This document shows positions 33,972 to 42,930 of a DNA stretch of 58,843 nucleotides, piece after piece; positions within the stretch are counted from its first letter, which is position 1; every line of letters starts with the position of its first letter. The notes beneath the pieces are model-generated. The model searched no databases. It was not told where the DNA came from and saw nothing but the letters and a program-made list of their open reading frames with translations. The position numbers were made by a program, and so were the translations under genes. This DNA comes from a virus (lineage: Duplodnaviria > Caudoviricetes). The stretch spans positions 1-58,843 of IMG/VR virus record IMGVR_UViG_3300036793_000038; one strand, 5' to 3'.

Positions 33972-34934
33972 TCACTCAGTGACGGCGTCCTTCGCCTGGC
34001 TGGTGATCAGGTCGCGCGCCTTGGCCAGCGTCTCGCGGCTCCAGCGCACCGTGCCCTCGCCCAGCTTCGCGCCCAGGTGCACCTTGGACACCGCGAACGC
34101 CGGCAGGGTGAGACCGTTGCGGCACACCTTGATCATGAGCTTGGGCTGGAGGTAGAACTTGCCCGAACCGACCTCGCTGTTGCCGAACTGGAAACCGGCG
34201 AACACGATCGGCTCCTCACCGGCCAGGTAGTCCATCCCCTCGCCCGCCGCCGTCTGCCACCAGGACTGGATCGACTGGCGGGCCTCCTCCAGCTTCGGGT
34301 TGGCGAACGGGTTGCGGTAGCCCTCCAGGAACTTCGGGGCCAGCGCGTTGACCTGCGGGGACAGGACCGAGACGGACATGTTGGAGTCGTTGAGGTTGCA
34401 CGAGTGGAACTCGACCTCGGCGCCCGCCGACCGGATGCCCTCCAGCACGGCCGTGGTGACGTCCAGGTGGTCGATGATGCCGAACTTGTCGGACAGCACC
34501 GCGCGGACCAGGCCCGCCTGCTCGTCGTGCGCCCGGAACAGCCGCAGCAGGAAGTTGCGTCCGTCGGCCGGGTGGATCTCGTCCTTGGTGCCGTCGGCCC
34601 GCCGGATCGACTTGCCGCCGAACAGACCGTTGACGTTGGCGTCGGCCAGGTCGGTACGGGTGTCGACCAGCTTGCGCAGGTACTTGACCGGGATACCGGC
34701 CCGCTCGGCAACCTGTGCGATCGCGATGTCGGACATGCGGTAGGCGCCGTTGATGTCGGTGACGCCGTTCTCGTCCATGTGCAGGTCCTGCCCGGCGACG
34801 ATGACCTGCGCGTCGCGGGTGCGGAGCTTGGCGGCCGGGACAACCAGGTCCAGCTTGGTGGCCTGCTGCGCGGTCAGCTTCTCGACCATCTGACGCAGGT
34901 CGCCGGACCGGACGCCGTCAATCGTGCTGTTCAT
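33972..34934 (-). CDS. DUF932-family protein (possibly truncated)
   Basis: KLDLVVP, RAVLSDKF..IDHLDV, GF...NSEVG.G......VC.NG motifs. Confidence 0.75.
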   Translation of the reverse strand: MNSTIDGVRSGDLRQMVEKLTAQQATKLDLVVPAAKLRTRDAQVIVAGQDLHMDENGVTDINGAYRMSDIAIAQVAERAGIPVKYLRKLVDTRTDLADANVNGLFGGKSIRRADGTKDEIHPADGRNFLLRLFRAHDEQAGLVRAVLSDKFGIIDHLDVTTAVLEGIRSAGAEVEFHSCNLNDSNMSVSVLSPQVNALAPKFLEGYRNPFANPKLEEARQSIQSWWQTAAGEGMDYLAGEEPIVFAGFQFGNSEVGSGKFYLQPKLMIKVCRNGLTLPAFAVSKVHLGAKLGEGTVRWSRETLAKARDLITSQAKDAVTE

Positions 34935-34963
34935 GTGCTTCCCTCTCGGGTCGGTGGATCGGG

Positions 34964-35131
34964 CAAGTTCAGAGCGGGCGAGACCAGGGTTCCGTTGCTA
35001 ACTGGCGAACAAGCTCCCCTTGGTGATAACCCGTCCCGGCTCCCGGCTCGCGGGGGGAGGGGTGAGGCGCAGCGGGTCCGGGTCGAATGATCCGACGCTG
35101 CCCGCCTGGTGTGGCCCGCTCTGAACTTGTA
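34964..35131 (-). ncRNA. Candidate ~170-nt structured RNA / 5' leader
   Basis: Perfect 16-bp inverted repeat 34964-34979/35114-35129 beginning at the predicted +1; inner stems ACCAGG/CCTGGT, GCAGCG/CGCTGC, CTCCCC/GGGGAG. Confidence 0.6.
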
Positions 35132-35136
35132 AGGGC

Positions 35137-35166
35137 TACTCTACACCCCGGTTCGGGGTGTGTCTA
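35137..35166 (-). promoter_or_regulatory. Box promoter
   Basis: TAGACA-CACCCCGAACCGGGGTG-TAGAGT; 30 bp identical to 49994-50023. Confidence 0.85.
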
Positions 35167-35180
35167 TAGCCGCCGACCTG

Positions 35181-35675
35181 CTACTCCACCGGCAGGCCCA
35201 GTCGCCGCCGCGCCGCCAACACCTTCGTCACCACCGGGTTCGTCGGCTGATAATGCCGGCCGCCGGGCGAGCGCCACCGGCCGTCCTCGCACCGCACCCA
35301 GTCCGCAGGGGAGTAGGTGTCCGGCCGCTGCTGCCCCGCCTTCCAGCCGACACCCGGTGCGCCCGGTGTGCGCCTGCTGCGTCGCTCCCGTGGCGGCGCC
35401 ATCGGGTCGCCCTCGACAGCATCGGTCAGCGCGGCGAGGTCGTACTCAGCGCCCCGCCACCGGGCGTGAGCGGCCACCTGTGCCTCGTTGAAGGCGGCCG
35501 TGATGGCTCGGGTCAGCTCGTGCGGGTTGCGGGCGACAGCGGCCCAGCCGCGTGCCGAGGGCGTGGACACCCGCAGCCCGATACCGGGCAGCGCCTCCAC
35601 GTGGAGGTCGAGGGCCTGGACCTGATGACGGGTGGGCGCCGGACCGAACTGCGTAGGGCGGTTGATCTGCGCCAT
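35181..35675 (-). CDS. Hypothetical protein downstream of terminase
   Basis: Start ATG 35675; C-terminal W...DGRWRSPGGR.Y motif. Confidence 0.65.
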   Translation of the reverse strand: MAQINRPTQFGPAPTRHQVQALDLHVEALPGIGLRVSTPSARGWAAVARNPHELTRAITAAFNEAQVAAHARWRGAEYDLAALTDAVEGDPMAPPRERRSRRTPGAPGVGWKAGQQRPDTYSPADWVRCEDGRWRSPGGRHYQPTNPVVTKVLAARRRLGLPVE

Positions 35676-35679
35676 GGCT

Positions 35680-37509
35680 CTATCCGCCCGGCCGGGTCGA
35701 GATGCGTGCCCCCATCGGTGCCCGCCGCACGGTGCGGTGTGCGGACGTCTCGATCGCCGTGCCGGTGCTCGCGCCCGTGCTCGTCGTCGCACGGGGCGCT
35801 GGCGTGAAGCTGCCCTTGCCCGAGCGGGACAGCTCCGTGATCAGGTGCACCCACGCGTCCATCCGGTCCGGGCTGTCCTGGCTCGGCAGCCACGTGCAGG
35901 CTTGGTGCTCCAGGGTCATGAAGTGGCCGACGTGGTGCACCAACAGTTCCTCGACCAGCGGTGACATGATCTCGGCCCGCAGGCGCTTGTTCACGATCGG
36001 GTTGACGATGCGGATCGGGAACCCTGTTTCGCGCGGCAGGGACAGGATCGTGGGCACCCACGGCCACATCTCGCGCAGCTGCTCGTCGCGGGCCAGCTTC
36101 TCGCTCGCGCTGTCCTCCTCGTCCACGAGCGCGCCCGCCACGGCCTCCACGACGGCCGCGACCGGGCGAACCGGCCACGGGTCGTCGGCCGCCGCGATGT
36201 GCGCCCACGCGCCGTCCAGCAGGCGGGCCTGCTTGCGCACCGCCTTCCACGTCTCCCGGTAGGTGCGCCGCAGGCCGGACAGCGAGCGCTCCCAGCCGAT
36301 CCAGCCCGACCCGCGCCGGCACGCCGCGTAGATCGCCTTGCGCATCCACTGGCCCGCCGTGTAGTGGCCCGAGTCGTCGGCCAGCAGGTAGTACTGACTG
36401 TCCGAGCCGATGCCGCCGGTCATGATGCCGGCCTCGTCGCCGGTCCCGGTGTTGTCGGCCGGGTCGACCATCGTGCCGATCGCCGCCATTTCGGGTGCCG
36501 CACTCACCCGTGCCGAGTCGAACCAGGCGCGCTTGAACGTGCCGCCCTCGGGCGCGGACGGGCTGCCCTGGTACAGGGCCTGCCACCAGCGGCTGCCGAT
36601 CTGCCGTGGCTTGGCTTCCCACTCCCTGATCGTGCGGGCTCGTGCGCTGATCAGCCACTCGCCCGGCGCTCGGCCCAGCGGGTCATTCTCCAGGGCCTGT
36701 GCCGGGATGTTGATCCGGCCGTACTCCGGTGACGGGGCCAGGTCATCCTCTTTGATCAGCCAGCCCGCCAGGTCATCCTCGTGCCAGCGGGTCTGGATGA
36801 TGATCACGATGGCGCGGCCGGACAGGCGTGCCGAGGCGACCGCCTGAAACCAGTCCTTGACACGCTGCCGGTACAGCGGCGAGTCGGCCTGCTTCGCGTC
36901 CTTCAACGGGTCGTCCACGATCAACACATCGGCAGGGCGGCCAGTGAAGGCGGACCCGACACCCACCGAGATCATGCCGCCGGCCCCACGCCGGCCAGGG
37001 ATGTCGGCCAGCACCCAGTTGGTGTTCATGGCCCGGTCAGGGTCGAGGGTGAGCCCCAGGACGTCGACCCGGTCCGGGTCCGGGCGTTGTCCTTTGTAGC
37101 CGCGTCCGTGCTGCTCGATCGCCTGCCGGACGGCCAGCGTGGACTGCGTGGCAATGCCCTGCTCGTACGAGGCGACCGCGATCCGCAGGCTCGGGTCGCG
37201 GATCAGCAGCCACAGCATCGCCACCTGGCTGATACGGGTCGTCTTGCCCTCCTGCGGGGGCGTGTTGATGATCCAGCGGCGCTGGAGACCCATCCACGCC
37301 TGCGCGACCGCCTCATCGAGCTTGTCCAGCAGCGGTGTCTGCACGGTGCCCCGGTTGAGGAACTGCGCGAGGTGGCCGGGCGTGGGGAACCGGTTGATCG
37401 CCTCGCGCCGCTTCAGCAGGGCGTCCACGCGCGGCTGGGCCATCTTGCGTTCGGCCGGGGTGAGTTCGGCCAGGACGGCGGCGACCTGTTCGCCGACGGT
37501 GCCGGTCAT
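35680..37509 (-). CDS. terL: Terminase large subunit
   Basis: PPQEGKT Walker A, LIVDDP Walker B, QTRWHEDDL, DPA/GDEAGI nuclease, SPDRMDA. Confidence 0.95.
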   Translation of the reverse strand: MTGTVGEQVAAVLAELTPAERKMAQPRVDALLKRREAINRFPTPGHLAQFLNRGTVQTPLLDKLDEAVAQAWMGLQRRWIINTPPQEGKTTRISQVAMLWLLIRDPSLRIAVASYEQGIATQSTLAVRQAIEQHGRGYKGQRPDPDRVDVLGLTLDPDRAMNTNWVLADIPGRRGAGGMISVGVGSAFTGRPADVLIVDDPLKDAKQADSPLYRQRVKDWFQAVASARLSGRAIVIIIQTRWHEDDLAGWLIKEDDLAPSPEYGRINIPAQALENDPLGRAPGEWLISARARTIREWEAKPRQIGSRWWQALYQGSPSAPEGGTFKRAWFDSARVSAAPEMAAIGTMVDPADNTGTGDEAGIMTGGIGSDSQYYLLADDSGHYTAGQWMRKAIYAACRRGSGWIGWERSLSGLRRTYRETWKAVRKQARLLDGAWAHIAAADDPWPVRPVAAVVEAVAGALVDEEDSASEKLARDEQLREMWPWVPTILSLPRETGFPIRIVNPIVNKRLRAEIMSPLVEELLVHHVGHFMTLEHQACTWLPSQDSPDRMDAWVHLITELSRSGKGSFTPAPRATTSTGASTGTAIETSAHRTVRRAPMGARISTRPGG

Positions 37510-38000
37510 TCACCGGCCGCCGGGTTGAACCGCAGGTCAACTTCCTGCGAGGGGATCTCGGTATACCGGCGCAGCGGCTCCAGCTTGGCGACGTCGGCAC
37601 CATCCACGATGTCCACCAGCTTGTCCATGGTCTCCTCGACCTTCTGCGCGCTCACCTCGACCTTCAGCGCCTCGGTCATGCCCAACTGGGACCGATACTC
37701 CTTGCCCACGGCGAGTGCGACTTCCACGGCTCGCGGGATGCCCTTCAGTGCGCCGGGCATGATCGCGGCCCGCAGCAGGCGCGTGTTCTCCAGCTCCTGT
37801 GCGTAGACCGCCTCGCGGATGTCGGCGTGCGAGGTCAACACCCGCTGCATCTCGCGTTGGAATAGCTTCTTGGCCTTGGCCTCAGTGATCTTCAGGGCAC
37901 GGGCGATCTTCGGGAGCGTGCCCCCGCTGGCCGACATCTCCATGATCTGGGACGCCAGCAGCTCGTTCGCCGCCCGTGCCGCTGCCGACTCCCTCGCCAT
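37506..38000 (-). CDS. terS: Terminase small subunit (HTH)
   Basis: G.TLPKIARALKIT HTH; overlaps terL start; -10 TACCAT six nt before ATG. Confidence 0.7.
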   Translation of the reverse strand: MARESAAARAANELLASQIMEMSASGGTLPKIARALKITEAKAKKLFQREMQRVLTSHADIREAVYAQELENTRLLRAAIMPGALKGIPRAVEVALAVGKEYRSQLGMTEALKVEVSAQKVEETMDKLVDIVDGADVAKLEPLRRYTEIPSQEVDLRFNPAAGE

Positions 38001-38005
38001 ACAGC

Positions 38006-38035
38006 CATGGTAACACCCCGTTACGGGGTGTCCAG
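38006..38035 (-). promoter_or_regulatory. Box promoter variant for terminase
   Basis: Perfect ACACCCCGT-A-ACGGGGTGT then TACCAT-N6-ATG; lacks TAGACA -35. Confidence 0.75.
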
Positions 38036-38036
38036 A

Positions 38037-38633
38037 TCACAGACCGGTCAGCTCACGCAGGTACTTCACGCCGTGCTGGAGATCGACGTCGTTGGCCAGG
38101 ACGTGCGCCTTGGCCTCGCCGTAGCCCATCGTCGCCACGTAGTCGTGGATCCGGGTGGCCCGCGTGAAGGCGCCCTTCACCCACTCGGGTTTCTGCGTGC
38201 TGCCCCGGTTCGTGCGCCGCCGCTCCGCCGACTCCGCAATCACCAGCACCAGATCGAGCCGGATGCCGGCGTCCAGGACGGCGTTGACGAACCGGCGCAC
38301 ACCCAACCGTGCGCCCTCGCCCAGGATCAGTGGGGTTTCCTCGCCCGCGTCACCGGACAGCAGCCACTGCTCGGCGGACACGATCGTGGACATGCTCATC
38401 GCGTCAGTGCCGGGGAACCCGATCGGGTGGCGGCCGACGCGGGCGCCCAGCTCCACGGCCACCGGGGTCGTCGTGCGCCAGCCCGGCGTGTCCATCGCGC
38501 CGGTCGGATACAGCTGCTCACGGCGCGGCTGGTCGCCCAGCAGTGCCCGGTCGTAGCCCAACGTCAGCGCGTCCATCAGGGCCGACTTGCCGACGCCGGG
38601 ACCGCCGACGAGGTACACACAACGGGTTCTCAT
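38037..38633 (-). CDS. P-loop kinase (predicted 5-hmdU DNA kinase role)
   Basis: Start ATG 38633; GGPGVGKS Walker A, FPGTDAMSM, GEGARL, RGSTQ...W motifs of modification-associated kinases. Confidence 0.78.
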   Translation of the reverse strand: MRTRCVYLVGGPGVGKSALMDALTLGYDRALLGDQPRREQLYPTGAMDTPGWRTTTPVAVELGARVGRHPIGFPGTDAMSMSTIVSAEQWLLSGDAGEETPLILGEGARLGVRRFVNAVLDAGIRLDLVLVIAESAERRRTNRGSTQKPEWVKGAFTRATRIHDYVATMGYGEAKAHVLANDVDLQHGVKYLRELTGL

Positions 38634-39436
38634 AGGTGCCTGCCCAGTCTCTCGGTGATGAACTGTTCCGCCAGTGCCGGCACCAGGGCGTACCCGGTGC
38701 GGTGGAACCCGGCGAACACGTGGTGAATGCCCTCGCTCGCGGAGTAGCTGCCCTTGCAGCGCTGGCCGGTGACGGCCCGCCAACCCGAGCGGGTCGTGAT
38801 CAGGTTGCGGTCGGCCGCGATGTCCAGCAGCTTCTGGGCCTGCTCGTTGGCCACGATGTCGGAGATGGCCGACGAGGACCCCAGCCGCACGCCCCGGCCG
38901 GTCGGCATCGGTGCGACCGCCAGTGTCTTGTACGGGGCGACGTGGTGCACGCGGGTACAGCGGCTACTGGCGGCGGCCACGGAGTCGTGGATCCAGGTCG
39001 TGCCGTAGGTGATGTGCTGGCCGTTGAGTGCGGCGCCCCCGGCCCACAGCACGGCGTCCGCCTTGACCGACTCGCCCTCGACCCACACGCCCTCCGGGAT
39101 GCGGGCGGCTATCGCGAAGCGCTGCGGGGAGCGCAGGGGCGAGAACGGGTCGATGACACCCCAGTCCTCGTCCCAGCGGCGATCCTTGGTCGGCGTGCGG
39201 TAGTTGGTGACGTAAGCGCCGGTTTGCACCCGCACACCCCACTGCCGGTACAGGTCCAGGCTGCGGTCGAACAGTCGCAGCTCGTCGCCCTTGTGGTAAG
39301 CGCGGCGCAGCAATGCCAGGGCGGCCATGGATTCGGCCCAGGCCGTGCCGATGTGCACGGGCGTCACGCCGCGCATCTCCAGGGCGTTCACCAGGCTCGA
39401 TCCGGCGATGCCACTGCCGACCACGATGATCTTCAT
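38630..39436 (-). CDS. FAD-dependent oxidoreductase (DAO/glycine-oxidase-like)
   Basis: Start ATG 39436; KIIVVGSGIAG Rossmann motif, G.R, GFHRTGYALVPALA C-terminal motif. Confidence 0.85.
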   Translation of the reverse strand: MKIIVVGSGIAGSSLVNALEMRGVTPVHIGTAWAESMAALALLRRAYHKGDELRLFDRSLDLYRQWGVRVQTGAYVTNYRTPTKDRRWDEDWGVIDPFSPLRSPQRFAIAARIPEGVWVEGESVKADAVLWAGGAALNGQHITYGTTWIHDSVAAASSRCTRVHHVAPYKTLAVAPMPTGRGVRLGSSSAISDIVANEQAQKLLDIAADRNLITTRSGWRAVTGQRCKGSYSASEGIHHVFAGFHRTGYALVPALAEQFITERLGRHL

Positions 39437-40338
39437 GACCGCTCCGCGATGATGCCCTTGTCGGCGTACCAGGACTTGCGGGGTTTCTGCACGCCCGTCC
39501 AGCCGTTCAGCTCGCCCAGGTACTCGTGCGGCAGGCACGCCTCGCGCGCCTCGAACGCCAGCGAAGTCAGGTCGCTCGTCAGGCCGCTGTCAACGGTCCG
39601 CAACTGGTCCTGCATCTGGTCAATGTCGTGCCCGAGGTAGTAGTGACCGTCCACGAGGCTGTGGAAGTCGCACAACGTGGTCTCCACGTAGCCGATGTCC
39701 GACTCACCGAGATAGCCCGCCAGGTCGCTCGTGACCTGATCGAGCAGGACGATCGTGGCCGGGTCGTTGCCCAGCGGCACCGGCCCCAGCACGTCGGCCA
39801 GGCCCTTGCGCGGGCCGGACGAGTGGGCGTGCGCCGCGTCGGCCACCGCGATGTCCAGCCCCAGCACCTTCTGCGCCATCTCGGCACTCTTGTACGCGGC
39901 CCAGCGCCCGTTGCCGGTGATCCGCATCAGCCGTTCATTGAGGTCGGCCCACGGCGTCTCGCTGTGGTCCGGGAGATTGGTCAGCAGTCTCCACGGGCCA
40001 CCGGCCCGCAGTGCCTCGCCGATCACGCTGTCGAGGTGTCGGCGCAGCTTGCCCGACCCCCGGTGGCCGCGTCGCTCGGTGGCGCACGGCAGCGACAGCA
40101 GCTCGCCCTCAAGCTCCGGCTCCTCGGCCGCCTTGTCCCACGGCAGTAGCTCGCTGGCCCGCAGGGCCGACCCCAGGTGGTAGTAGGCGACGTGCAGCAG
40201 CACCAGCCAGGCGAGGTCGTCGCACTCCATCGTCGTGCCCAGCTCCCACAACACCGGATAGACCGGGTCGACGTCCTGCGTGGTCACCTGCAACCGGTGC
40301 CAGCGGCGGTATTCCTCAGCCCTCGCCGTGTCCCTCAT
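39433..40338 (-). CDS. Amino acid:DNA transferase (aGPT-Pplase2/AADT family)
   Basis: DVDPVY, TERRGHR, GNGRWAAYK.AE, SSGPRKGL, ETTLCDFHS..G.YY.GHDID. Confidence 0.85.
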   Translation of the reverse strand: MRDTARAEEYRRWHRLQVTTQDVDPVYPVLWELGTTMECDDLAWLVLLHVAYYHLGSALRASELLPWDKAAEEPELEGELLSLPCATERRGHRGSGKLRRHLDSVIGEALRAGGPWRLLTNLPDHSETPWADLNERLMRITGNGRWAAYKSAEMAQKVLGLDIAVADAAHAHSSGPRKGLADVLGPVPLGNDPATIVLLDQVTSDLAGYLGESDIGYVETTLCDFHSLVDGHYYLGHDIDQMQDQLRTVDSGLTSDLTSLAFEAREACLPHEYLGELNGWTGVQKPRKSWYADKGIIAERS

Positions 40339-41179
40339 CAGTGCCTCTCTCGGTCAGTTCGCGGGCGTGTGCCCGTTCTCTCTCGGTCCGCATTTCCTTG
40401 GCGTACTGCTGTTCCATCGCGGTCGTGGCGCAGTCCCGCATCCCCCGCAGGGCGTAGAACACCACCGAGTACCGGTAGCCGTCCGGCGAGCTGCGGGTGA
40501 TGGGTGTGACGCCGTGGACGAGGCGGAACCCAGGGAACCAGGCACACCAGCCGTCCCGGCACTCCAGCACCACGTCGTACTCCGGGACGTGCAGGTAGCC
40601 GCCGCGCGTGCCCCGCCGCACCACGGGCATTGCCGACCACACGTCGTAGTTGCTGCTGTCCGTGTGGTAGGGCATCGACACGGTCTGGTTGATCACCCCG
40701 GACGTCCAGAACGTGTCCGGCGTCAGCCGCCAGTCCGGCTTGATCGCGGCCGACTCGTCGGCGCTCGCCGTCACCATCTCCGGTAGCCACTCCCCCAACA
40801 TGGCCTGGCAGCGGTCGGCGTAGGACTCCAACACGGAGTGCTGCTCCGGGAAGTCGCGCTTGACGGCCGTGGAGGCGCAGCCCTCGCGCTGGAAGACAGG
40901 CTTGCGGGGCGCGGTGCCGAACGTCGCCGACTTGGTGCGGTAGCCGCTGCCGGCCCGGTTGACGCCGTTGAACTGCGTGACGCCTCGGACGGCGCGGCGC
41001 AGATCGGCCACGCCCTCCGGTAGCGGGGCGTAGATGCAGATCGGTTCGTCGGTGTCGGCGTCCCGGACGAGGGTCGGCGTGACGACGTTCGCGCCCAGCT
41101 CCTGCACCCGCTCGCCGACGAACTTGGCCCGTGCCACCTCCCGGTCCATCTGCCTGCCCAGGAACAGCTCCTCGACCAC
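40316..41179 (-). CDS. TET/JBP-family 2OG-Fe(II) dioxygenase (predicted thymine hydroxylase)
   Basis: TFG..PR, WTSGVIN, YHTD (HxD), HGVTPI (distal H), YRYSVVFY (R). Confidence 0.85.
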   Translation of the reverse strand: MVEELFLGRQMDREVARAKFVGERVQELGANVVTPTLVRDADTDEPICIYAPLPEGVADLRRAVRGVTQFNGVNRAGSGYRTKSATFGTAPRKPVFQREGCASTAVKRDFPEQHSVLESYADRCQAMLGEWLPEMVTASADESAAIKPDWRLTPDTFWTSGVINQTVSMPYHTDSSNYDVWSAMPVVRRGTRGGYLHVPEYDVVLECRDGWCAWFPGFRLVHGVTPITRSSPDGYRYSVVFYALRGMRDCATTAMEQQYAKEMRTERERAHARELTERGTDEGHGEG

Positions 41180-41180
41180 G

Positions 41181-41855
41181 TCAGTCCCCCAATCCGTGCT
41201 CGTCGCAGTACGCCTGCGCCAGTGCGGCCACCGTGTCGGAGTAGTTGCTGGTCTCCAGGTGTTCCTGGATCCGGTCCAGCCTGCCGATCAGGTGCACGTA
41301 GCCCTGCCCGGACAGCATGAGCATGATCGAGCGGGTGTCGCTGGCGGCGTAGTCGCGGTGCTGCTCGTCCAGAGTGCGGGCCGGGATGTCCTCGGACACG
41401 GCGGTCATGGACGGCGGGATCGCCGGGTCGGTGTCCAGTTCCTCCAGGGCGGCCCGCAGGTCGTCCAGGTCGTTGCCGGTGTATCCCGCCATCGACAGGC
41501 TGCCGGCGCGCTCCAGGTCGGTGAGCAGCGACAGCAGCGATCCCTCGTCGTAGCCCAGGGACAGGTCGCGGGCGCGGTTGTCCCACGCCAGGATCTCCAG
41601 GGCGCGCTGGTCGGTGCAGTTGACCAGTTCGGCCCGGATGTGAGTCCAGCCCAGCTTGTCCCGAGCGGCCCGGTACACGGTGTTGCCGGCCAGGATGTGA
41701 CCGGTGGGCTGGTGCACGACGATCGTGCGGTACTGGCCCATCTCGCGCAGGCGTTGGGCGATCTCGTCGGCGTTGCCCCGGTTGGCGTTCGCCGGGTGCG
41801 GCGCGATCTCGCCAACCGGGACGTCGCGCGTCTCGATCACGGTGACGTGTTCCAT
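41181..41855 (-). CDS. ParB/Srx-like N-terminal domain protein
   Basis: PHPANANRG, GQYRTIVV, ILAGN..YRAA, DNR motif; heads the modification operon. Confidence 0.85.
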   Translation of the reverse strand: MEHVTVIETRDVPVGEIAPHPANANRGNADEIAQRLREMGQYRTIVVHQPTGHILAGNTVYRAARDKLGWTHIRAELVNCTDQRALEILAWDNRARDLSLGYDEGSLLSLLTDLERAGSLSMAGYTGNDLDDLRAALEELDTDPAIPPSMTAVSEDIPARTLDEQHRDYAASDTRSIMLMLSGQGYVHLIGRLDRIQEHLETSNYSDTVAALAQAYCDEHGLGD

Positions 41856-42205
41856 CAGGCCTGAGACGACCCGTCAGGGCAGTGGGCAGTGACGAGGCGG
41901 TTGGCCGGCACGATCAGGACCGTGTTGCCCTTCGCGTTGTACCACTCCCACACCGCGTGTTCGGGTGACCCGGACTGCATGTAGTCGTAGCTGGCCGCCT
42001 GCACCTCGAACTCGTTCCAGGTCGACTCCTCCAGCAGCACGGTCACGGACCAGGTGACGTCCCGGTCGTCGGCAGGCGCACCGGCCGGGTCGTCCACGAT
42101 CTGCTGCGACATCGGCATCCCGACCGTGTCGGATGTGCGGGCGTGCGGGTCGTGCGGCCTGGTCAGGTCGCCGTAGCCGAGTGGGCGTCCCACGGGTAGC
42201 TCCAT
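41855..42205 (-). CDS. Hypothetical protein
   Basis: Start ATG 42205; TGATG coupling on both sides. Confidence 0.55.
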   Translation of the reverse strand: MELPVGRPLGYGDLTRPHDPHARTSDTVGMPMSQQIVDDPAGAPADDRDVTWSVTVLLEESTWNEFEVQAASYDYMQSGSPEHAVWEWYNAKGNTVLIVPANRLVTAHCPDGSSQA

Positions 42206-42846
42206 CAGTCCAGCCTCTCTCGAATGATCAGGACCAGTCGAGGACTCGACCGGTTGTAGGCATCCTCGCTCTTGATCACGCAGCGCTGCTGCGTGGACAG
42301 CACGTACTTCCCGGAGTCGTCGGTGAACACGCCCTCTTTCACCAGGGCGTCCAGGGCGCACGACAGGGTGGGGGCGATGCCGTCGGCGTCCTGCCGGCGG
42401 TTGCTGCCCGGATACCACACCAGCTCGATCTCGCCCCGCTCCAGGTGTGGGATCTTTGCTGACCGGGCCAGCAGTCGCGTGTTCTGCACGATCTCCTCGC
42501 CCAGCTTGTACTGCACCATGTGGTGCATGGAGCGGATGCCGTTCTTGGTCAGCGGCACCCGCTGGTAGGGCAGGACGATCTCGAACTCCCGGCCGATCTT
42601 CGGGGCGCGCAGCGACTGGAGCAGCAGCATCTTTTCGGCCTCGACCTTGTCCAGGTCAATGTCCAGCCACATGGCGAGCAGCTGCTCGGGCGGGATCGAG
42701 GCGGGCGCGAACTGGTCGACGTCCTCGTGGTAGCGGCACAGGATCAGGCCGTTGTCCCGCAGGAAGTCGATGAAGTCAGCGCCCATGCGGGCCTGGTCCA
42801 TCACGGCGGATCGCTTGTCCAGCTCTGGGGTCGGTGGTGTGCTCAT
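42205..42846 (-). CDS. rusA: RusA-like Holliday junction resolvase with N-terminal extension
   Basis: PLTKN, RRQDADG.....ALDALV..GV..DDS. Confidence 0.75.
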   Translation of the reverse strand: MSTPPTPELDKRSAVMDQARMGADFIDFLRDNGLILCRYHEDVDQFAPASIPPEQLLAMWLDIDLDKVEAEKMLLLQSLRAPKIGREFEIVLPYQRVPLTKNGIRSMHHMVQYKLGEEIVQNTRLLARSAKIPHLERGEIELVWYPGSNRRQDADGIAPTLSCALDALVKEGVFTDDSGKYVLSTQQRCVIKSEDAYNRSSPRLVLIIRERLD

Positions 42847-42853
42847 GATGTCC

Positions 42854-42883
42854 GAGCTTACGCCCCTGTCCGGGGCGAGACAA
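42854..42883 (-). promoter_or_regulatory. Box promoter for resolvase/DNA-modification operon
   Basis: TTGTCT-CGCCCCGGACAGGGGCG-TAAGCT-N8-ATG. Confidence 0.75.
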
Positions 42884-42930
42884 GCAGCCGCCCCGCTACG
42901 TGCGCGCGCAGCGGGGCGGTGCGTCTGTGA

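Noticed and set aside
34964-35129. Retron msr-msd
   Set aside because: Terminal inverted repeats resemble a1/a2, but the adjacent gene is DUF932 and I saw no RT motifs; kept only as an unknown RNA.
40316-41179. TET acting on 5-methylcytosine
   Set aside because: No cytosine methyltransferase recognised, and neighbouring AADT and kinase point to thymine chemistry.
41181-41855. ParABS plasmid-prophage partition system
   Set aside because: No ParA ATPase or parS array seen; this ParB-like type sits in a DNA-modification operon.
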